A stretch of DNA of 64,000 nucleotides from Neophaeotheca triangularis (GCA_054600435.1 BAAIJX010000011.1:434001-498000), one strand, 5' to 3'. Shown: positions 1-11,668, counted from the stretch's first letter. Program-made: numbers and translations. Notes: a model not told the origin generated them from the letters alone.

Positions 1-3000
1 GCTCCTCTCGGCAAGCTTCTGGACGGACACTCTGCTTTTCTATGAAGCTACACTGAAGATCATGCAGGTCTATCTCAAGCGTGGGCCTTTCCCTCAAGTT
101 GGTCTTGGCTACATCCATCTCGCCGCGCTCGGAGTTTCGAGATTTGGGCTGATGCAGTGCGGCATGGAATTCGGTAGCACAGCGCTCAAGTTCTTCGAAA
201 CTTTCCATGACGAGTCTTATACCGTTGGTCGAGGTCTTACTCTACAAGGCTTGTTCGTTGGACACCTACAAATGGATATGCATGCGCAATTTCCCTCGCT
301 TCATAGAGGCCTGGAGTCTGCCATTGCGGCTGGCGATAGAATTCTTCACTTGCTCAACATGGGCGCCATTGCAGCGTACAGGTTGTGGGGCTCGGAAAAT
401 CTGCAAGAGGTTGAGGCGTATGTTCTTTCTGTAGCTGACGAGTTTCCCGACTGGGCGGTGGACCTTCGAGGGGGAGCTATTCTTACTTCAGTGAGGCAGT
501 TTTCTCGCGCGCTCTGTGGGAAGACGTATGCCAGAAGCCCGTCGACTGTCTTTGACGACGAAACACACACGAGCGAGCAATGGGCCAAATTTGCTCAGTC
601 GCGCGCTTCTAATCCTCTCCGCCCGTTGGCAATCTACAACAGCTACAAGATCGAAGCCCTATACCGCTTCGGCTACTATCGAGAGGCTTACCAGCTTGGA
701 CAGGACATGGAGGGCAGCATCGATGACCTCATGTCAATGCGAAACGTTTACTCGATTTGCTTCTACCGCGCGCTTTCTACCTTGGCAATTGTCCGTGTCG
801 AACCCGATAGATCAGACAAGGAGCAGCTTCTGCGACGTGTGGCCAACCTCCGGGCAAGGATCGAGATCGCCGCATCCATCAACACCGCCAATTACGCCGT
901 CTGGCTCAATCTCATTGATGCTGAGCTAGCGGACGTCAATGGAGCCTACGGGAAGATGTTGAGCTGCTACGAAGCCGCCGTTGACCATGCGGTGCTTCAC
1001 GGGTTTGCCCTTGAGGAAGCACTAGCTCTCGAACTTTATGCCGACTGGCTTATTCGCAAGGGTGCATCCCGGCCGGCACGGGGTATCGTTCTGGACTGCA
1101 TATCAGCATATCGCAGGCTATCCGCACAAGGCAAGGCCGAGCACGTAACTGAGAAATACGACTTCCTCTTGTTTGGAACGCGAAGCAATACGACAGCTGA
1201 TGTTGGGACGCAAACTGTGGATATCACGCCTCAGAGCACTTCGTATACTGGTCTCGATCAGCACGCTATGGACCACGGAGCGCAGACTTCAGAAGACAGG
1301 ACGAAGGAGTGGCTCGAGCCTCGGGATTCTGCTGCTTCAGCTCAAGCACATGGTCAGGATGTGGCAACGGCAATGCCAGGCGGCATTTCTGCTGTGGGGT
1401 TGGATATGATCGATCTCGCCAGTATCCTCGAGTCTTCTCAGCTATTATCAAGTGAATTGGAGGTTGAAAAACTGCTCAGTAAACTCACAGAGATCATCGT
1501 CGAATCTACGGGCGCTGGCCACTGCGGCATTGTAATAGAAGATGGGGAACGTGGCTGGTGCGTAGCCTCGATTGGGTCCCCAGAGGGCGTTGAGGCGCCT
1601 GTTGATGGCATACCCCTCGAGAAAGTCGACGATCCTGTTGCGAGACAGGTCGCACTATACGTGCTGCGTTTCAAGGAGTCCGTTTTCTTGAGGAATGTCT
1701 TGGAAGATGAAAGATTCGCCAACGTACCGGAGCAGTGGCTTGCGGCCAACCCAGACGGCGCTAGCATGATAGCAATACCTATCTTGCACGGTGATGACGT
1801 TCTGTTGGGCTCTCTGTATTGCCAGGCTGCTCCCAACACCTTCACAGAGCGAACAGTCACTCTGATGAAGCTCCTGGTTAATCAAATCGCAATCTCTATC
1901 GCCAACGCCTTACTCTTCAAGCGAGTCGAGAAGGTGTCGGCGACCAACTCGTCCATGCTCGAAGTGCAGAAGCAGGCGCTTGATCAAGCTCGGGAGTCGG
2001 AGCGCAAGGCCAAGACCGCTGAGGCTCGAGCTATTGAAAATGTCCGCCTGAAAGAAGAAGCAGCCCGAGCGAAGTCCATGTTCTTGGCCAACGTCTCGCA
2101 TGAGCTGAGGACACCGCTGAACGGAGTCATTGGCATGAGCGAGATGCTCAAAGCCACGCCACTCAATAAAGAACAAGAAGAGCATGCAGATTCGATTCGC
2201 GTATGTGCAGACACTTTGTTAAGCGTCATCAACGACATACTCGACTTCTCCAAACTAGAGGCTGGCAAGATGCAAGTGTTTTCGGTCCCGCTATCTTTGA
2301 CCGAGACGATTAGCGAGGTCGTGCGAGCACTATCATACACCAATTTGGAGCGCAACCTCAAGACCATCGAGCAATTGGAGCTAGACCCCAAGCTGATCGT
2401 TATGGGCGACCCAGTGCGTCTGCATCAGATTCTCATGAACTTGATGTCAAACGCGTACAAGTTCACCGCCAAAGGCAGCGTGACGGTCAGAGCCAAGGTC
2501 GAATATGAGGATGCCGATATCATCCGCCCTACCGTCTCCGTAACAGACACGGGTATCGGCATTTCCGAAGAGCAGCAGAAGAAACTCTTCCTCCCCTTCT
2601 CCCAAGCCGACTCTAGCACAGCCCGGAGTTACGGCGGCACAGGCCTTGGTCTCTCAATTTGCAAAGCTATCTTGGAATCCGTCATGAAGGGCAAGATCTG
2701 GCTCGAAAGCACGCCTGGGGTCGGTACCATTGTCTCTTTCACCCTGCCGTTCAAGAAAGTCAAGCAGACATCATCCACTACCGGTGGGCAACAGCAATCT
2801 CAAACAGTCACCGGCCGCGAAGCGGATCCGATGGCCATCTTCACCCCACCAGCCGTAGAGGAAGGTCCCGGCACCCGCCCCTTCGTCACTCTAGCCGGCA
2901 TCGCTCGCGATGAGCTCAAAGTCTGCATCGCCGAAGACAATCCTATCAACCAAAAAATTGCCGTCAACTTCGTCAAAAAGCTCGGATTTTACTGCGAAGC

Positions 3001-3811
3001 CTTTGGCGACGGGCAGCAAGCCGTCGATGCCCTCGGCCGCGCTTCTGCAGAGGGCAAGCCCTTCCACCTCGTCCTCATGGATGTGCAAATGCCGGTCCTC
3101 GATGGCTACAACGCGACACGCGAGATCCGCAAGCACGCCGACGGCCGCGTGAGCGAGGTTTTGGTCATTGCCATGACGGCGTCGGCGATCCGCGGCGACC
3201 GGGAGAAGTGCTTGGAAGCGGGCATGAACAACTATCTCGCGAAGCCGGTACGTGCGGATACCTTGAAGCAGATGCTGGAGAGCTACCTGCACCAGCCGAC
3301 GCGCACGATGCCGAATCTGCAGCAAGAGGCGAACCAGCTCGTCAGTAATGCTGTCAACCGAGGAGATCAGAAGGAGGGACTTAAGAATGCGCGGGATCAG
3401 GAGCAGCAGAAGGCCAAGGAGAACCGCTCCCAACAGCAGCAAGACACACGGGACATGTCGACGAACAACGCGCACACAGGCAACACCGTCGTCCCTCATT
3501 ACCCAGCTAGTGGAGGTCCCGTGCAAATTCCCGAAAGACCCAAGAGCGCCCGTAACCTTACGGAAGTTCACCTCGGGCCTCAGGAGATTTACAAGAAGCC
3601 TGCCGACTCTAGCACCACGATGAGTAATGCTGCGGGCGAGAACAGTTCCGAAAGCACGTCTCAGCAGCCGCGGGCTGGGGGTGCTGAAGCCAGGGAAACG
3701 CAGGACCGCGCTGAGAAGATGACAACGAGGGGTCAGGTTCAGCAGGCACGAAATAGCCTGATGGCTGACGAGCAGAGGATGAGGGGGCCTGGGAGAGAAG
3801 AGGGTCGTTAA
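1..3811 (+). CDS. Hybrid histidine kinase, 5'-partial (GAF-HisKA-HATPase-REC; resembles the large group X/Chk1-Mak2/3-type kinases)
   Basis: Frame is open from base 2. GAF region (SILESSQLLSSELEVEKLL...QIAISIANALL), H-box FLANVSHELRTPLNG, N/G boxes ILMNLMSNAYKFT, DTGIGI and YGGTGLGL, receiver LVLMDVQMPVLDG...KP. The long helical region upstream fits group X architecture (inference). Confidence 0.92.
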   Translation, partial: LLSASFWTDTLLFYEATLKIMQVYLKRGPFPQVGLGYIHLAALGVSRFGLMQCGMEFGSTALKFFETFHDESYTVGRGLTLQGLFVGHLQMDMHAQFPSLHRGLESAIAAGDRILHLLNMGAIAAYRLWGSENLQEVEAYVLSVADEFPDWAVDLRGGAILTSVRQFSRALCGKTYARSPSTVFDDETHTSEQWAKFAQSRASNPLRPLAIYNSYKIEALYRFGYYREAYQLGQDMEGSIDDLMSMRNVYSICFYRALSTLAIVRVEPDRSDKEQLLRRVANLRARIEIAASINTANYAVWLNLIDAELADVNGAYGKMLSCYEAAVDHAVLHGFALEEALALELYADWLIRKGASRPARGIVLDCISAYRRLSAQGKAEHVTEKYDFLLFGTRSNTTADVGTQTVDITPQSTSYTGLDQHAMDHGAQTSEDRTKEWLEPRDSAASAQAHGQDVATAMPGGISAVGLDMIDLASILESSQLLSSELEVEKLLSKLTEIIVESTGAGHCGIVIEDGERGWCVASIGSPEGVEAPVDGIPLEKVDDPVARQVALYVLRFKESVFLRNVLEDERFANVPEQWLAANPDGASMIAIPILHGDDVLLGSLYCQAAPNTFTERTVTLMKLLVNQIAISIANALLFKRVEKVSATNSSMLEVQKQALDQARESERKAKTAEARAIENVRLKEEAARAKSMFLANVSHELRTPLNGVIGMSEMLKATPLNKEQEEHADSIRVCADTLLSVINDILDFSKLEAGKMQVFSVPLSLTETISEVVRALSYTNLERNLKTIEQLELDPKLIVMGDPVRLHQILMNLMSNAYKFTAKGSVTVRAKVEYEDADIIRPTVSVTDTGIGISEEQQKKLFLPFSQADSSTARSYGGTGLGLSICKAILESVMKGKIWLESTPGVGTIVSFTLPFKKVKQTSSTTGGQQQSQTVTGREADPMAIFTPPAVEEGPGTRPFVTLAGIARDELKVCIAEDNPINQKIAVNFVKKLGFYCEAFGDGQQAVDALGRASAEGKPFHLVLMDVQMPVLDGYNATREIRKHADGRVSEVLVIAMTASAIRGDREKCLEAGMNNYLAKPVRADTLKQMLESYLHQPTRTMPNLQQEANQLVSNAVNRGDQKEGLKNARDQEQQKAKENRSQQQQDTRDMSTNNAHTGNTVVPHYPASGGPVQIPERPKSARNLTEVHLGPQEIYKKPADSSTTMSNAAGENSSESTSQQPRAGGAEARETQDRAEKMTTRGQVQQARNSLMADEQRMRGPGREEGR

Positions 3812-4559
3812 AGGAGCTACGTTTCTACGGCGTTTGGGGTGCCGGCCGTTTTGGACGGCAACGGAAAGGACCAAGCGAAGCAGAATTTGTCGAGTTTCTT
3901 GCTCGTGCTGCATGTGCGCGTCTTTGGGTTTTGCCGATTCATGGGACTAGAAGGTTTCTCGAAAGGATATCCCTTCTTTGTGCTTTTTTCGAAGAGAGCA
4001 TTTGGAGTTAGTCGGTTCTTTGAGCCGCGTTTAGGATAGCATAGCATTGGTGTTTTTGTCGTGGTAATAATCCACGGGCTCGAGACTCATACGTTTCGGT
4101 AGCAATGCATCTCGACTAGCTACGATGTAGGAATTCGGAGATTGGAAATTATACTAGTAGTAATTGTCGTTTGCGTTCGATTCGTTCATTCAGTGAAGAG
4201 CATTTAGTTGGTTCTCTTTGTCACTCGTTATTAAAGGTAATTATCTATCTTATAGAATTCGGAATGACTGCAAGACTCCCCCCACTGCATCAAAAGGTAT
4301 TGTCGCTTCCATCAACATTAGCCGTGCCTGGTCATCGTAAAAGCCATCTACCGCCATCCCTCGTGAAGCCCAAACGCCAGGTGTTTTAAGCAACGCGGTG
4401 GCACCGCAAAACATGCATAGAAAAGAAAAAGAATAACTCAAACCCGGTGCTTTCTTCCGTGGTAAAACCCAGACTCAACCTCCAACGCCATCCCGCTAGA
4501 CCTGCTAAAAAACGAAAGCCAAAAGCTGCACGCAAACCGACAGAACTCGAGCCTCACTT

Positions 4560-5756
4560 TCAATAACTTTGATCGTACAGCTTCTCCCTCCTCGTCATAG
4601 TCCGCACGCACATCGCCTTGACCTGCTCCGTCTGTTTCGATTCAGGCGCATGCACATACCAACCCGCGCCCTTTGAAGCCGGCTGCTTGACGAAAACCAC
4701 TTGGTCGGCTTTGATCCTCGTCAAGTAATCCAGGAACCTGCCATCGGTGCGCGTGATGCTTTTCCTGCCCTGGAAATGCATCTGCAAGCGCTGCAGCTGG
4801 CCGTAGTCCGCCAAGTGCCGTAGGACAGACATGAGCACATCGTCATGGACGAAGCGGCGCTCTTCAGCCGTGCTAAGGTCCGGGTTGAGGGAGGGCACGG
4901 CGTCTTCGAATGAGAAGGTGAGGCGGCGGATGAAGCCCGTGTTAGTGGGACCGATGGCTTTGAGGAATCTGCGCGCGCTGCGGAAGCCAACCTCGTTCCA
5001 TTCTTTGACCCAAAAACTGCCGGCGCGCATCGTCATGCGGCGGAACAGGAACTCGTTTTCGCCGTAGAGGATTGTGCGGCCTTCGTCGTGGATCTGGCGG
5101 CAGGTGCGGAGGAGCGCGGCGCTTCGGGAGAAGTTTTGCGGGGAGCTGAAGTTGAAAGGATCCTCGTGGACGAAGGCAAGGTTGTAGATCTGGTTGCGCA
5201 GTTCGGCGGGGAGGTCGAGGAAGCCGGCCCATTCGCTGTCGGCGACTTTGCTTTCCGGTCGGTCCTGTACGTCTGGGGTAGACTGAGTGAGGGCTTTGCT
5301 AGGAAGGCTGGACCGGCGAGAGGTTGAGCGACGGGTGGAGAGTGGAGCGGCATCGAGGGACTTTTGGAAAAGTGAGGCAACGTCTAGGTTCACAATGAAC
5401 GGTCCTTGATGTCCGAGAGGCACGTTGAAGGTGAGCTGCACAGGGGGTATCACGGAATTGAGCGGCGAAAGAGAAGTGGCGTGTTGGTGCTCATCTTCAG
5501 AGAAAAACTCATGATGAACAGATACGGCGTCGTCGTTGTCGGAAACACCGTTGGTCGACAACACCGGGGAGGGTGAGCGACGCCTTTTGCGTGGCTTTTG
5601 CAGGACTATGGTCTCAGCATCACCTTCGTCTTCGGGGTCTGAGATGGCGATTCCGGAGTCGGCAAAGGGGGAGTCCTTGTTGATTTTGTGGCCTGTTGAG
5701 CGCCGCGAAGGTCTGGTTTGGACGGTGTTGGTTCTAGGTCGCTTGATCGCAGGCAT
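4560..5756 (-). CDS. Hypothetical protein with an F-box-like/2EXR-like FLDLPAELRNQIY motif and a disordered N-terminus containing a basic NLS-like stretch
   Basis: Intronless ORF, first ATG at 5756 (MPAIKRPR). Motifs GFLDLPAELRNQIYNLAF and LLRTCRQIHDEGRTILYGENEF are typical of a widespread Pezizomycotina family; KPRKRRR. Confidence 0.75.
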   Translation of the reverse strand: MPAIKRPRTNTVQTRPSRRSTGHKINKDSPFADSGIAISDPEDEGDAETIVLQKPRKRRRSPSPVLSTNGVSDNDDAVSVHHEFFSEDEHQHATSLSPLNSVIPPVQLTFNVPLGHQGPFIVNLDVASLFQKSLDAAPLSTRRSTSRRSSLPSKALTQSTPDVQDRPESKVADSEWAGFLDLPAELRNQIYNLAFVHEDPFNFSSPQNFSRSAALLRTCRQIHDEGRTILYGENEFLFRRMTMRAGSFWVKEWNEVGFRSARRFLKAIGPTNTGFIRRLTFSFEDAVPSLNPDLSTAEERRFVHDDVLMSVLRHLADYGQLQRLQMHFQGRKSITRTDGRFLDYLTRIKADQVVFVKQPASKGAGWYVHAPESKQTEQVKAMCVRTMTRREKLYDQSY

Positions 5757-5987
5757 TGTGGAGGACAAAGTTGCTCGAGGTGGCGAAGGCGATGGGCATG
5801 TATGGGAGAAGAAGCAAGATCAGGACAGGCGGCGACGGCGACGGCGAGGTTTTGACCAAACAGAGGCTGAGGCGGGGTGACGGTGTTATGTGAGGTAAGA
5901 AGTGTAGTGTGGTGTAGTGTAAAGTAGTGTAGGTAGTTGAATGGTGGAGCTGGAGGAAACCTAGAACGTGATGGGATGAGGTCGAGG

Positions 5988-6073
5988 GCAGTAGCAGTAG
6001 CAGTAGCAGTAGCAGTCAATGGTCAGAAGGAAGGAGCAGATTACAGTTACAGCAGCGAGCGGTACAGACAGAC

Positions 6074-6107
<34 letters not shown>

Positions 6108-6335
6108 ATAGTCACGGTGGCACTTTCTAATAACTTTAAAAAAAAAATCAAACCTTGGGAGCATCGGCAGCGGATGATGGCACTGGACTGGCAAGATGGG
6201 ACGGACGTCTTGAAGCTTGGGAGGTGGCAGTGGGTGGTGTTTGACGGAAGTGCGCTGGGCTGGGCTGGCTGGCTACTACTAGTAGGTACTCTGCTCGGAT
6301 GATCTGATCTGATCTGATCTACCTTACCTTACCTT
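5988..6335. repeat. Microsatellite cluster: (GCAGTA)~5 at 5988-6016, (GTA)11 at 6075-6107, (GATCT)4 at 6301-6320 and (ACCTT)3 at 6321-6335
   Basis: Read directly from the sequence, in the divergent intergenic region between 5756(-) and 7193(+). Confidence 0.9.
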
Positions 6336-7192
6336 ACAAGATATTGATTAAGACATTTTCCATCATTCATTTAGGAAGCCCGCCAGACAGCGCGATGCTA
6401 GCTAAGTACCTACGTACCTAGGTAAAGAGGTATAGGTACAGTACCTAGGCTAGGTAGGCAAGTAGGTAAGTCAAGTAAGTTTAGTTGGCCATGGTCATGA
6501 CGAATCAAACAGACTTTTTTTCTTTTACCCTTAACGTCACCTCACGGCCAACGCAAACGCTCTAGCCCGGGCACTGCGCGGGCTTGGTGTAAGCCATTCC
6601 ATTGCGCAGGGTCTTCCGCGGTCTAAGTTGCCGTATGCGGGCTTCGGGAAGTACGCGGAACTGTCTGACGGCGCCGAGAGAGCGCAGGTTGCCGTCGAGA
6701 GCTGGGCAGGTTGTGTCGTGGTGTGTCCGCCTCTCTTACACGCCTCAGCAGACGCGACGGGACACGGGCAAAGGGGTGATTGGCGTAAGAAAAGGGGGTA
6801 GAACATTAAGTACAAATAATAGTAGTACACCAACTACTCCAATCAGATTTGTTCAGATTGCCCCTGACAAAAGGTGGTGAGTGGGCTCGAGGCATATCAG
6901 CATCATCCACGCTGCCCTGGCGCGAGGCCGGGCAGGTGAATGAGTTTGACGTGAACGCACTCATCGCTTTGGATATAGTTGTGTGAGGAAAGGAGAAGGA
7001 AAGGTCAACCCGATTGCTGCGGGCAAACACCTGTTATATGTAACGTGGGCAGCTGGTGTGGCCCATGCTGGCCTTGGCGTCTAGCTGTCTAGGTACCCAA
7101 GGTAACCTTACATCACTGCGTACATAGCTCCTCCCAGCCCCCCTTTCAGTCCAAACCCCCAAAGCCGATGAGCTGACCGCACACATCTCGCC

Positions 7193-9622
7193 ATGGACAC
7201 TGGGCCAGATCAGCATGGCGAGAAAGACCGCGATCGGGAGGGCGGCGACATTCCCCAACACCAAGGGGAGAAACCTAGAGAACTACCACCCGACTTGCCC
7301 ACATCGCTGGACGATAGAAAGACCTTTGCGGGTCACGATCAGGAGACCGAATACTACGACGCTTGGCAAGGGCAATCTCAATTCATAACGGCGCCGCGAA
7401 CAGCCCAGCCCCTCAACTTCAACCTGGCACTACACGAACCCGACGATGATGACGATGGAGCTTTTGGCAACGACGGCACTCGGTTTGCTAGCATGTACTC
7501 TGCGCAGGCACGCAAGGACGACTCGAACCCTGGCGAGGCTGAAGAAGATGACGTTTTGCAGGACGAGAAGCTGTCGCGTGAGCAGAAGACAAGTGCCTTG
7601 CAAGACCTACTGTTCATGGCCGCTAGCAACGGCGATGCTGGGAGAGTGATCAGGCTTGTGCGAGGGGAGGCATCGGAGTTTCTCAAGATTGATGCGGTGG
7701 ATTCTGAGGGCACGCCTCCACTGGTCTATGCGAGCTGCTTCGGACACAAAGACGTGGTGCTCGCTTTATTGAACGCTGGGGCAACAGTTGACGAGCAGGA
7801 TCGTAACAAGTGGACGGCATTGATGTGGGCAATCACGAACAGGCACAAGGAAATTTGTCGAATACTGCTGGACCATGGCGCGTCAACGGATGCCAAGTCT
7901 TCGAGCGGTAGAACTGCACTGGACTTTGTTCCGCCAAACAGCGAAATGTCAGAGTTTCTGCAAGGGAGTGGATATGGTATCGGGAATGCAGGCGTGACCG
8001 AGGACTTTTACGACTCTGGCTTCTCGCACGATCGATTCGAACAGGAGCTTGCGGAGAGCGAGACCCGGCGTAGGATGATGATGGAGAGCTCGATCAACTT
8101 GGAGGTCGATTTGGGTAATTTGGGATTGGACGAGCAGCCAGAGTCACCGGACGAAACAGAGGAAAGTCAGGCGTTCGTATGGGACCGGTGCCTGCACGAC
8201 CAGATGTTTGTATTCATGGAGGAAGACATTGAACGGATACTGGATATTGTCGTTACGAAGATGACACCCCAACGGTCGGCCTCGCAGAAGCCTGTTCCGG
8301 CCAACCTTATCTTCTTAGGAGCACGGTATGCCCACTACCACGCCAATCAGGATCTCCTCCGCAATTGGCTTGAATCCGCTCAAGACAAAATCTTCGCTGT
8401 CGTGGACAAATACCAGTGGGATATGACGATACTAGCGTTCTGGATCTCAAACGCTACTTTATTGCTCTACTACCTGAAGAAAGACACTGGTTTGACTGCG
8501 CAGACTTCCGAATTCCAGGCTCAGATGGCTGAGCTAATTCATGAGATCTATGTTCTGATCATAAGAGACGCCGAGAGGCGCATGGATAAGGTGCTAGACG
8601 CCGCGATACTCGATCATGAGACTATTCCAGGCTTCGAAGAGATCCAATTCCAGAACGAATGGAACCTGTTCAGATCCAAGAAGCAAGTCAAACCCGAACC
8701 TGCAGAGAAACGCTTCAGACCACCCTCGCCAAAACGCAAAGCGCAGGTGTCGCCGCGTAACATCACCTCGTTATTATCCTCCACTCTGTTCGTGCTGGAT
8801 CTTTACGACGTACATTCGGTCATCACTGCGCAGATCCTGTCGCAACTGTACTACTGGCTAGGGGCTGAAATATTCAACCGTATGATGTCTAACAAGAAGT
8901 ACCTAGCCCGGACAAAAGCCATGCAAATACGGCTCAACATCTCTATTCTGGAAGACTGGGCTCGCATAAACAAGAGACAGCCCGAGCATTATGAGAATGG
9001 AGCCATGACTGCAACGGGTGAAACTACTGAAGAGGCTGCGCGACGCCATCTGGCACCTGTGGTCCAACTTCTACAGTGGCTCCAAATCCTGTCTTCTGTC
9101 GGAGAGGATCACACCGCCATTGAGAGTACCCTGCAGCAGATACCGACAATGACCACGAAGCAGCTCGTGCATGTCGTCAAGCATTACCGGGCAGAAGTGG
9201 GTGAGAAGACGCTGAGCAAAAGTGCATTGAAATACGTTCAGGAGGTCAAGAACCGGCCGCCGCCTAATCCTTCTGGGCTGGAGACTGTACCACAGACACC
9301 GGTAACACCTCAGAGCGCGGGCGCCCAAAACGGTGCACCGGCGTCACAGTCGACACCGACAAAGGCTCCAGAGCTCGTCCCAGACAGGGAAGACGTCCCG
9401 GAAGGCAATCTACTCAACCCAGCGTTACTGCTGCCTTTCCATCTCCCGACGTCTACGGACATGCTCATCAGCTATGGAGCAGGCTTCGGTGGTGTCAACA
9501 AAGAGCGCGAGAGGCGCTATATTCCCAGCGTACCGCCAGAGTTCCTTGCGAAGCTCGACCCTTCAGACGGTCAGAACAGTCAAAATCTGTATGAAAACGC
9601 GCGTTGGAGTAGCAGCTCTTGA
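7193..9622 (+). CDS. Ankyrin-repeat and DIL (dilute) domain protein
   Basis: 809-aa ORF. Ankyrin repeats (GTPPLVYASCFGHKDVVLALLNAGA, KWTALMWAITNRH, GRTALDF) and a C-terminal DIL-type segment (QILSQLYYWLGAEIFNRMM...AMQIRLNISILEDWAR). Confidence 0.88.
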   Translation: MDTGPDQHGEKDRDREGGDIPQHQGEKPRELPPDLPTSLDDRKTFAGHDQETEYYDAWQGQSQFITAPRTAQPLNFNLALHEPDDDDDGAFGNDGTRFASMYSAQARKDDSNPGEAEEDDVLQDEKLSREQKTSALQDLLFMAASNGDAGRVIRLVRGEASEFLKIDAVDSEGTPPLVYASCFGHKDVVLALLNAGATVDEQDRNKWTALMWAITNRHKEICRILLDHGASTDAKSSSGRTALDFVPPNSEMSEFLQGSGYGIGNAGVTEDFYDSGFSHDRFEQELAESETRRRMMMESSINLEVDLGNLGLDEQPESPDETEESQAFVWDRCLHDQMFVFMEEDIERILDIVVTKMTPQRSASQKPVPANLIFLGARYAHYHANQDLLRNWLESAQDKIFAVVDKYQWDMTILAFWISNATLLLYYLKKDTGLTAQTSEFQAQMAELIHEIYVLIIRDAERRMDKVLDAAILDHETIPGFEEIQFQNEWNLFRSKKQVKPEPAEKRFRPPSPKRKAQVSPRNITSLLSSTLFVLDLYDVHSVITAQILSQLYYWLGAEIFNRMMSNKKYLARTKAMQIRLNISILEDWARINKRQPEHYENGAMTATGETTEEAARRHLAPVVQLLQWLQILSSVGEDHTAIESTLQQIPTMTTKQLVHVVKHYRAEVGEKTLSKSALKYVQEVKNRPPPNPSGLETVPQTPVTPQSAGAQNGAPASQSTPTKAPELVPDREDVPEGNLLNPALLLPFHLPTSTDMLISYGAGFGGVNKERERRYIPSVPPEFLAKLDPSDGQNSQNLYENARWSSSS

Positions 9623-9903
9623 ATGAAAATTGAATCAAAGCACCAAAACATTCGAAGATACAGTAGTATCCATGGATACCTTACCTTGATATTTGCCCCA
9701 CCATTCATCCCACTTCCAGCGATGTCGGCGTTGCTTGGTCGGCTCCGCAGACAGCTTAGCTCTCCACAGCTTAGGGTCAAGGCAAGGTTGTTTATGAAAC
9801 GAAAAACGAGTCACTACTACCACCTATCAACTACTGTACCTTAGTCCTACTCGAGCTCGCAATCCTACAGTGATAATACCTACCAAAGAAACGATTCGCC
9901 AGA

Positions 9904-11058
9904 ATGGAAGTTCAAACCATGTTGCCAGAAGTCGTGAAAGACACCATCTTTCCAGAGGTGAAAGCCATCAAGGCAGAGGACATTGACGCAACATTCAAAT
10001 CAGACAGCATAGGTACAGCTAACCACCCAATTCAACAAGAACTCCTCTTTCCTAACTCTTTCTCAACCACAGACTTGATCAGCAAACCCCTCGGCTCCCG
10101 TATCCTCTCCTTCTCCGACGAATGGTTCGCCGGCGCCGATAACCTCACGACCCCCACCGCACCTGTCCGTAAACCAGGCGTCTTCACCTACGCAGGAGCC
10201 TGGTACGATGGCTGGGAAACTCGGCGCCACAACACGCAACCCTTCGATTACGTCGTCTTCCGTCTGGGCGTCGCCAGCGGCAGAGTCCGCGGCGTTGAGA
10301 TTGACACCGCCTTCTTCAACGGCAACCAAGCGCCGGAGGTAGGCGTGCAGGGCTGCTTCGCAAACGACGACAAAGAGGAGGAGATCAAGAGCGAGGCCTA
10401 CGCCAACTGGGAAACAATCCTACCTCCGCAGCCCTGCGGCCCCTCCCAGCGCCACGCCTGGTTCGTCCCCGCCAGCGTCAGCGGCAAACCCTACACCCAC
10501 ATCCGCCTGCAAATGTTCCCCGACGGCGGCATTGCGCGTTTCCGCCTGTATGGTGATGTGCTCCCCGTGCTCCCCGAGTCGGCGGATCAGGTCTTCGACC
10601 TCGCGGCCACGGTCAACGGCGGCGTCGCTGTCGCCTGCAGCGACCAGCATTTCGGCACAAAAGACAACCTCCTCCTGCCGGGCCGCGGCGTGGACATGGG
10701 CGACGGCTGGGAGACCGCCCGCAGCCGCGGCGTGCACGTCGACTGGACCATTATCAAACTCGGCACCGCCGGTACCATTGAGAAGCTGGTCGTCGACACC
10801 GCGCATTTCCGCGGCAATTTCCCGCAGAAAGTGCAGATCTTCGCTGCTAGCGCTGGTGAGCAGGCGCCCAAGCATGATGATCATGAGGCGTGGGTCGAGG
10901 TTTTGGCGCCTCAGAAGACGGGGCCCGATGCTGAGCATGAATATGCTGGAGATGTGTTGAAGGAGGTGCAGGGTAAGGTTTATGGGTTCGTTAAGTTGGT
11001 CATTATTCCTGACGGGGGTGTCAAGAGGATACGGGTATGGGGGAGGAGAGCTGCGTGA
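9904..11058 (+). CDS. DAL2: Allantoicase; probable 60-nt in-frame intron at 10013-10072
   Basis: Two allantoicase repeats (FSDEWF...WYDGWETRRHN...FPDGGIARFRLYG and SDQHFG...DMGDGWETARSR...DTAHFRGNFP...IPDGGVKRIRVWG). GTACAG...CTAAC...ACAG intron gives S-I-D-L-I on splicing. Confidence 0.93.
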   Translation: MEVQTMLPEVVKDTIFPEVKAIKAEDIDATFKSDSIGTANHPIQQELLFPNSFSTTDLISKPLGSRILSFSDEWFAGADNLTTPTAPVRKPGVFTYAGAWYDGWETRRHNTQPFDYVVFRLGVASGRVRGVEIDTAFFNGNQAPEVGVQGCFANDDKEEEIKSEAYANWETILPPQPCGPSQRHAWFVPASVSGKPYTHIRLQMFPDGGIARFRLYGDVLPVLPESADQVFDLAATVNGGVAVACSDQHFGTKDNLLLPGRGVDMGDGWETARSRGVHVDWTIIKLGTAGTIEKLVVDTAHFRGNFPQKVQIFAASAGEQAPKHDDHEAWVEVLAPQKTGPDAEHEYAGDVLKEVQGKVYGFVKLVIIPDGGVKRIRVWGRRAA

Positions 11059-11668
11059 GTGGAGAGAGGGTGGAGGAGGTCGAGCCGGATAGGTAGGATG
11101 CTTCGAGCCCGCGGTAAAAAACAGGAAAAGTTTCTTCCATTCAACTTGGCGCTTCCTTGCCTCCTTTTCGTGATAGTCTCACGCTTTTGAGTGAGCGCCT
11201 TCGAGGTCTCTTCTACTTGGTGCGTACGCCGCCGAGTGCGATGTTTTCAGGGTCAGAGTTTGGGTATGTGTTTGGTCTGGTACAGCATGACTATTCAAGT
11301 GCAGGAAGGCTCACGGCATTGAGACAAGTTGGATGGACTCGGGTTCTTATTTATTTTACTTGCTTGTTCCGTTGGCTCCCAGTTGGAGCAAATATCAAGA
11401 ATTCCGATCGTGAAGGGATGGGGCCCCGAGCGATGGCAAACTCAGACCGACCCTGATGGATTGCTATTGGGACACCGGACTAATACGAAAATGCGAGGGC
11501 TGCTGTGCTCCCCTTGCTAACCAGTTCTCTTCAAGCGCATAAGCGCAAAACTCCCCAACACCTCGCTTGCCCACGCTGCCCACTGGCCCAAAAAACGAGG
11601 GAGACGAGAAAGAACCAAGACCAAGACAAAAGAAATGACCATGACCACCGTCTGCCAACCAACAACTC

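Noticed and set aside
2891..3913. 340-aa minus-strand ORF, and similar antisense ORFs at 12935-13669, 17094-17783, 45838-46545, 50476-51132 and 61571-62281
   Set aside because: Antisense shadows of GC3-rich real genes; no motifs of their own.
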